Source of the DNA: the human T2T-CHM13v2.0 reference genome, Homo sapiens
Assembly: GCF_009914755.1 (NCBI RefSeq)
Contig: NC_060931.1
Length of the DNA: 64,000 nt
Reading direction: 5' to 3' (one strand)
Part shown: positions 56,151 through 64,000 of the stretch, piece by piece
How positions within the stretch are numbered: the first letter of the stretch is position 1
Layout of the letters: the number at the start of each line of letters is the position of its first letter
The notes under the pieces: model-generated
What the model saw: the letters and a program-made list of their open reading frames with translations, nothing else
What the model was told of the DNA's origin: nothing
Databases searched by the model: none
Translations under genes and position numbers: made by a program

Positions 56151-57675
56151 ATCTGGTTTTGTGTGATCTTCTTGGGGGAAAATGAGGCTCTGTAGGTGGA
56201 TGCTTTAAGGAGACAGATGTCAGTCCATTTGCTTAGTAAATATTTGTGAAGCCCCCACTCGGTGCTGAGCACAGACACAAGCAGAGTTGAATGATGTGGG
56301 CTGACCTGGCTGACCAGGTGGCTCGTGGAGCTGAACTGGATGGCCTTCTGCCCTTGAAGGTTGGTGACCCTGACTGTGCCGAGTGGGGTCCTCCTGAGAG
56401 GGGTCTGCTGCTTATTCTTGGCCCCTGGTCTCCTTACCTGGCTGTGTATGCTCCTGTGCTCAGTAACACCCCATCTTTTGCTTGAGGTTCTGGGCCTTAA
56501 AGGGTGCTGTCCTTCCTTCTACTGTTTCTGCCCTGCATGTTGATGGGTTATAAGCTGTTTCTGCAGACGTGCCTCTTCCTGACCGCTGCCCAGGAAGCCC
56601 TGCGTCTACGCTCTGGTTCTGCACCTGGCCTGGAGCTGCCTGGAGCTGCAAACCCACCTGGCTTGCTCCACTTTCTGGTTCACTTGCTCCATGAACCTGT
56701 GTCCTCTTGGCCAGCTCTCCTGGCATTCCAGCTGCTGGCTCTCAGTCTGTGAGATTCTCCAGGATTTGGTGCCTTCAGCTCCACATCTCTACCCCTGCTA
56801 CCTGAAACTGGTCTACCCTAGTGCCAGGGGCATCTTCCTGGGCCTCCTGTAGCTGCTGTCTGCTTGGGCTCCTGATTACCAGAGTGTTCCCAGGGCCTCA
56901 GGAAGCTCTACACGCCAGAGTTCCTGTCACTCAGCTTCCTGGCTCTGGACCGGAAGAAAAGCCACCGAAGACTGAGCACGGAAGATGCCTCCCAGCCAAA
57001 CAGACCCTTCTTCCTCCTCAGACTGTCACAGACCCTGGGACCCACCAGTGTGTGCTCTGCACGGCCGGCCTTCTGTTGGGACCATCTTGGCATCTGGTGC
57101 ATCCCCTGCCAGCCACATTGGGCTGTGTGTGTCCCTGCCTTGCACATGCAGGATGGAATATGTTTATCAACAGGGGGAGCTTGCCCAGGCAGAGGAGGAC
57201 ACTTTATATAATGTCTTTCTCTTCCTCCTACCTTGGAGTGGAGTGTTTTATTTGAAACTTTGGAAATACAAAGTTTCAGGTGAACAGGTGAAGTGGCCAG
57301 AGCTAACCTTTCCCCGCAGGGCTCCATGCTGGGCCTCGCAGCTGGCCCACTGATTCTGTTTGCTCCCCGCCACTCCTCAGTAGCGAGGTCTGCACTCTCA
57401 ACTGCATTTTTTTCCTGTCTTGAGTCTGATTCTGTTCCAGAAAGCCCTTCCCATCTCCAAAGGAGCGGGCCATGCCCCAAGACACTAATTTCAGTAATTG
57501 CCCACTGACTTCCTCTTTTAATAGAGTCCTCGGTGGCAGGCTCAGTGCCTGAGTGACCAGGAAGGAGAGGGGCCTGCAGGTCAGATGTGTCCCTTTCCAA
57601 GGCCCACAGAGAGGTCTGTTCCAGGCTTGGGGAATTCTGAGTGGGCAGAGGAAATCCTAAGGCACATAAGGAATG

Positions 57676-58050
57676 TGTATTAGTCTGTTGTCACACTGCT
57701 ATAAAGAACTACCTGAGACTGGGTAATTTAAGACGAAAAGAGGTTTAATTGACTTGTAGTTCTACAGGCTGTACAGGAGGCATGGCTGGGAGGCCTCAGG
57801 AGACTTACAATCATGGCGGAAGGCAAAGGGGAGGCAAGCACGTCTTCTCATGGCGGCAGGAGAGAGAGAGCAAAGGGGAAAGAGCTACACACTTTCAAAC
57901 AACCAGATCTCGTGAGAATTCACTCACTATCATGAGAAAAGCAAGGGGGACATCCACCCCCATGATCCAGTTACCTCCCACCAGGTCCCAACATTGGGAA
58001 TTACAACTGGACATGAGATTTGGGTGGGGACGTAGAGCCAAATCATATCA
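57676..58050 (-). mobile_element. MaLR solo LTR (THE1D/MSTA-type)
   Basis: Runs tgtattagtc...cctgagactgggtaattta...caatcatggcggaagg...atgagatttgggtgggga...atatca; TSD gaatg/ggatg. Confidence 0.9.
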
Positions 58051-61000
58051 GGATGGTTTGGCTGGTTGGAAGATTCTTGAAGCATCCCATGCAGATTCCG
58101 TGGTTCCAGAGGCTGCTCTGATAGAGGGTGGGTGTTGGGGCTCCATTGTCAGCCTCTTTTCAGGCCAATGCTTTGCTGGTAGCACAAGAAAGAAATTGCT
58201 GCAGGTGCAGGCAAGCATGCAGCCAGAGCTGGGTCTTGATTTCTGAGGCTGGAGAAAGTCTTTTCCTTGTTGAACAAGTGGGAAAGATCTTGTTTTATCA
58301 CTTTGAAGAATGTTTATTCCTATGGGAAAAACGGATAGACATATTTTCCTTTTCTGATCTGTAAACCTAGGCCTCCCACGCCTAGCATCTAGTCCTTTTT
58401 CATGCAGATCGGTCATTTGGGAAGAGTCTAGGACCCGTTTTGTCAAATGCCTGTGGGCCTAGTGAGGCTCCAGTGTGAATCAAGGTGGGGCTGAGAGAGG
58501 CCCTCTGAAGTGCAGGGTGGGGCATCTCTTTGTAAAGACATGGTGAAGAATGCTGGACTTGAAAGTGGGATCCCAGGGCCCCTACCTTCCTCAGCCACCA
58601 AGCTTAGCCATCCTGGCCCTCTGGGAGCCACAGCATCCAAAGGCCAGAGCAGTGGGCTGGGGCATCTCCAAGGCTCTGGGCTCCTGCAGATGGCCCTGGG
58701 CAGTCTGACCCTGCCCCCAGCTTACTTGCCCTGACCTCCACCTCTCTCTCAAACTTGGGCTCTATTTAGGAGTGTGGTATACTATTTTGGAAATGCCCGT
58801 TAATTTTTATTGGTATGATTCTTAGTGAATGCTTTAAAAGTGATATACATTCCCTGTTTGGGCCAGGTGGTTCCTGTCTATAGGAGAGATGAAGATGGGA
58901 TGAGAAGTATCCTAACTGTCCAGTGAGTTTGGTGACTGTGCTGGTCTTGCTCCTGAAGAGCTGTGTGACCCTGGACATGTTCCTTTTGTCTTGGAGCTTC
59001 AGTTTTCCCCCTCTGTAAAATGGCCAATTCTGCCTCATGACATCCTGTCTCTGAGCCCACAGAGCATTGGAAAGATGAGGGTGGCAGGACCAACCTCCCA
59101 GCTGCTGCAGCCAGGCTGACAAGACCAGGCCCTGTGTCCTGAGGTTTGGGGCCAGTCCTTGACCTTGAATTTCCAATGGGATTTCTGCAGGACTGCCCGC
59201 GATGCCCAGACTGCAGGGACACAGGCAGCACATCAGTCCCTGTGTCAATCTGAGACCTTCCACGTGTTAAGAGTCTTAGTCTGAGGCTTCCCAATGTTCC
59301 CTCTCTGTATTCCATACCTGGAAGTCATGTGTGACACTCTTGGGGCAGAAAGAAGGGGGCATTTTCTCCTGCTGGTGAAGTCAGATGAGGCCTGAACCCC
59401 TCCCTGGGGCCTGGCTTGGGGGATACTCAGGTTTGAGTCCCTCTCCCCCACTGGGGCTTTGCTCTGTGTGAGGTCTGTGCTCACCCACCTTCTTCTGCTC
59501 ATACCCCTCTCCTCTGACACACACCACCAGCTCTGCTGCTCTCCCAGAGTTGCCCTGAGTATTAGGTCACCCTAGGAAGTTGCTCCTAGTCAGCCAGTTC
59601 TGGCCTACCAAAATGGCATTTCATATGGTTTCAGCTACCTCATCCCCAGCTGCTGTGTTTCTTGAGTGGGCTGGGGGGCTTCTGATTTCAGGAACCTGCT
59701 AGATTCTTGGCTCCCATCCTTCAGGCGATGCTTCAGGTTCCTCGAGTCCTTAATTTTCTTTGCAGTAAAATGGAGAAACAGTGTTTGCATCTCTGAGTTG
59801 TTTTGATAATTTAATGAGATCTCAGATTAAATGGGCCTGCATGGACTGGGTTCTAGCAGCCGCTGCAAGTATTGATTCATCAGCTCCCAGAAAGAGGGAG
59901 CCGGTGGCCAATATGGCAGGATTCTATCTGAAGCCACATGGTTCTGTGTACCCATAGGAATGTGGATTTGTCTGTCCACTTCATGGGGGAAGCCTTGTTC
60001 GTCACAGGTGATAGGCAAACCGTGAATCAGATTTTGAACAGGAACCTCATTCTTCCACATGACCACCAAGTATGCAAGCCACCATTTTTGCTAAATAGAC
60101 TCAATCCAGATGCCTTGCTGGCAGTGTGTATTTTTGGTTTACTACGTTGAATTAAATTAGAAGTAAATGGCATGTGCTTTTCCTCCCTGACCCACTTTTG
60201 AGCTGCTAAGTTCAGCTTGTGTGTGCTGTGGTCGTCAGTAGAACTTGATTGTCCCCCAGCCTGCATCCCTGGAGGTCGTGCGAGAAGGGATGCCTGCTGG
60301 CCTTGTCTGCCTGGCACTTGGGCTGTCCCCAGCAGTATCTTACTTTTTAACAAGGGGGCTAGTGTGTGCCACATGGAGCATGCTTCAGTTTCTCAGCGCA
60401 GAGAAACTTGGAGGATTACTTCGTCTAATTATTGGATTCTAGTTTTCAGAGCCAGACCTGTTGATACATTTAGGGATGGATTTTCTGTGGGAGAGGTGAT
60501 GCCTGTGTGCACACACTTCTACAACCACCACACGTGGTTTTCCCTAAAATTTTAGGGGACATGGAGCTTCTGAATCTTTATATTCTAGATCGAGAAGCTG
60601 CATTTTTACAGTTAGGGAAACTGAGTCCTAGGTAGGGAAGGGAGGAGCCCAAGTTGAGGTGATGAGCTTGAGCCACCTGAGGCTGAAACCATTTGCCCTG
60701 CCCTTCCCGCCACACAAGGATGGGGGCTTGGAGGCTGCTGCAGGCGTGTGTGTTGTTGTTATTTCTAGAAATTCTGCCTAGGTGACAGTAAATCGGCCTC
60801 TATGGTGTCCTCTCTTCTCTTTTTTTCCCCCTGTTATGTGCACAGCTATAGCTACAGTGCTTGAAATAATGGCTGACACTCAGTAGATGTTTGTTGAACA
60901 AGTGAATGAATGTATGCTTACCTGTCCTTTCACTTCCAAGCTTCAGTGCAGCCATGACTAGGTTTCAGCTCTGCCAGAATTTACTCACGCCAAGGGGCCA

Positions 61001-61764
61001 ACAGTGGCCCCCTCTGCCAGAGGTGGGTTGCTTCCTCATTTCCTTCCTGTTGGGGTCCAGCTCAGAGGACCAAGGTCAGGGCTGTAGGTGGTGGGCAAGT
61101 GTCAGACTCTTCCTCTGCATAAAAAACACTTGTGATAAATAAGTGAACCTGAGAGCACAAGTAAAGAAAAAACATAGTACAAATAAAGCCAAGAAAGTCC
61201 GTGGAAATTCTGTTCCTTGGAAATGAAGTTAAAGGTTCTGTTGGATTTAGACGAAGCCAGCTTGGGCATCCCAGGAATGGTGAAACCAAGAGGAGTCACT
61301 ATGAGAACAGTTCTGGGTGCATCAGTTTTTTAGAAGTAACTGTTCAGTTAACGGCAGATCTGATGTTACCAAGAATTGAGATCTTTGAGGCAGAACCGAC
61401 TGGGAAAGATTGAAGATGGAGAGTATTGGTAGAACATGGTGGCGTGGATTTGGTTGGAGGCTGGTCGAGGTGCCACTTGCTAGGAGCCTGAAGGTTTGCT
61501 TTGGTGAGCTCGAGGGGATCTGGGGATGAAGGTGGGCATGGGTCCCAGAAGTCTCCGTGCCATTTACTGTTTCATGGCTTCGGAGGCACAAACACTAACA
61601 GTGCACAAAAACGTTATTAGTATGTTATGTTATTTACATTTTCCCGTACTCATTTCCTTTTGTGAATTTTGAAAAATAAATTTTTTATTTCAGCGTTTGG
61701 TTTCAGTGCCTCAAAGAAGATTGGCAAACAACTGAAAAAAAGTTAAAATAAAAAAGTATATTCA

Positions 61765-62117
<353 letters not shown>

Positions 62118-63484
62118 TCAGTAGTCTAACTTCCACATAATGTAAATCTGTGGCATGCATACTTCTGAGTTTACTGAGGTTTCTGAACGTGTGCTGGGAC
62201 TTGTGTGATTCTGTGGTCTGGGCAGCCATCTGCCTTGGAGTGGCTGCTGGGGCCTCCATGTGCTATGGTTTTTGGGCACAGGCCCTTGTAAGGATGAAGT
62301 GGGTAGTGATGGGCAGCTGGCAAGGGTTTGAGTGGAGGTTGGGGAAGCAGTGGGGTTGTGTGGAGCAGGTGCTCCCTGAGCCTTGGCTGGGGCTCCAGGA
62401 AGCAGGCCACAGTGGGAAGTTGGGGTGAAGGTGAACCAGACACAGGCTTCTCGGGTGGGTGGCACAGCCTTGCCTTGCATGTACCGAGTTGTTATTGACA
62501 AATGTGATATACAGAGGCCTCTAGAATGGGACTCCAGGCTGAGCTGGTTTGCTGTCACCACCTGATGGCCCACCCCTTAGTCCTTGGAGCTTTTGTTAGT
62601 ATTTCCATCCCGGATGGAATAGAAAGAGGAGGTTGGCCTCTTAAGCCTTGAGATGTACTGGGTTAGAGTTTAAATGATTTCAAAGCTTGTCAAAGTGAAT
62701 TTAGCTGGAGCTGGGTGTATACACGAGGAAACTGAGGCATAGAGATGGGCATCGTGTACCCAAATTCGGCCAGGCTGGCCTGGGGTTTCCCAGAAGCCCT
62801 CAGTTCTCTCACCACCTGCTCTGCCTCTTTTCCCTTCCCTAATACCCCTTGCCATACTCTGTTGTCCCCACCCCAGCTCCTGGTGAATGCCCCTCATGTC
62901 ACCAGCTTCTCATGTCTGGATGTGGCCTCCAGGCCTTGACCATAAGTTTGCATTGAGGCCTAAGGCCAAGTGTGTGTCAGGAAGGGGTGGGAGGCAGAGC
63001 CTGATGCCTGGGCTGCAGATCCTGTGGATGTTTCCAGCAGGTTGTCATCTGCATCTGGCTGGCAAGCAGGCATGGGTCCCTGCGAGGGAGCAGTGGCCTC
63101 ACAGAGCCTTATGTTAATCTGAACTGTCCTGATGCCACACTCCACAGTAATGACCAGGTCCACCTGGGATTTGGGGACTGCCCTGGTCAGGGAGGGCCCT
63201 CTAGGAGGCCATGAATGGAACTCATGAGTCTGGTGTGGACATGGTGCGAGCTGGCTGGGAGCATGGGCCAGAGCCACCCCTCCTGCCTAAGGCCCTCAGC
63301 CCACAGGTGGGCAGGAAGGCTCCATGTCCACTGACTATGCCAGGAGACCTCCACGCTCAGGCCACATGCAGCAAGGACAAGACCCAGTTTCCCTGGTGCT
63401 CACAGCCTAGCAGTGCAGACCAAGGTGGCCCCCTGGGAGGATACAAGGTGGGCGCCAGCCCCACGCTCTGTGTCTGTGTTGCAG

Positions 63485-63643
63485 ATCTGTGGCTGAAGCC
63501 ACCGAGGTGGATCTGAACATGCGTGTGGGTCTGCACACGGGCAGGGTCCTCTGTGGTGTCCTGGGCTTGCGCAAGTGGCAGTACGACGTGTGGTCCAATG
63601 ATGTGACCTTGGCCAATGTCATGGAAGCCGCTGGCCTGCCAGG
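63485..63643 (+). CDS. ADCY1: ADCY1 coding exon (probably exon 6), 159 nt: (T)[52 protein letters not shown](G)
   Basis: Acceptor tgtgtctgtgttgcAG (63483-84) and donor AGG|GTaagt. Carries the adenylyl cyclase signature [24 protein letters not shown]. Confidence 0.97.
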
Positions 63644-63650
63644 GTAAGTC

Positions 63651-63674
63651 GGGGATGGGGTGGGGAGGGGAGGG
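63651..63674 (+). promoter_or_regulatory. Canonical G-quadruplex / intronic G-run motif starting at position +8 of the intron after the last exon
   Basis: GGGG-AT-GGGG-T-GGGG-A-GGGG-A-GGG read directly; function is inferred. Confidence 0.6.
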
Positions 63675-64000
63675 AGGTGGGTGATGGCTGTGCACCCCTG
63701 GGCTAAATCCTTGCTTCAGGTTCTGGGCTGTGCTCTTGAGGGCACTTGTGTGAGTGCTCCTGGAGGAGCCTGCCTGTCCCAGCCGCACCTGCCAACCAGA
63801 CTCCCTGTGGTGGGCGTCCCACCCAGCCTGGCTGCCAGTCTGTGCTGGGCCCAGCTGAGCCTGGCGCACATCTACAAAAAGCTGTCATTGGACCAGAAGG
63901 CCAGAGCAGATGCGTGTGGGGACCTCTGCCCATGGCATGGTGCTGTCCTCATGGCTTGTTGTCACTGCATCACTTCTCTTTTTGCTGTCTTTGATTTCAT

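Overview
This is eukaryotic genomic DNA, almost certainly human because it carries two AluYb8 copies, a human-specific subfamily. The whole window lies inside one plus-strand gene, ADCY1 (neuronal Ca2+/calmodulin-stimulated adenylate cyclase 1). Four GT-AG coding exons (15085-15203, 28371-28482, 54428-54555, 63485-63643; 119+112+128+159 nt) splice in frame to give most of the C1a catalytic domain, from ERLLMSLLP through FADIVGF and ILGDCYY to GLPG. The rest is intron filled with L1, Alu, MaLR/ERV LTRs, Tigger/Charlie/MADE1 DNA-transposon relics, MIR/L2 fragments and simple repeats. Nearly all ORFs in the six-frame track are artefacts. I found no prokaryote-type system and no second convincing gene. 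The most unusual structures are: (1) a ~160-nt nested palindrome at 30142-30299 that matches no repeat family I recognise; (2) a ~1.5-kb insert inside an old L1 (36072-37610) with a target-site duplication (TSD) and poly(A) signal, which looks like an orphan retrotransposed sequence; (3) a 1.7-kb G-rich 20-mer VNTR with ~300-bp higher-order structure and decoy 5' splice sites next to the first exon's donor; (4) a different splicing-factor-motif repeat downstream of each of the four exons; (5) two inverted AluYb8 copies and a four-layer nested transposon. Repeat subfamily names and exon numbers come from memory of consensus sequences and need RepeatMasker/BLAT confirmation.
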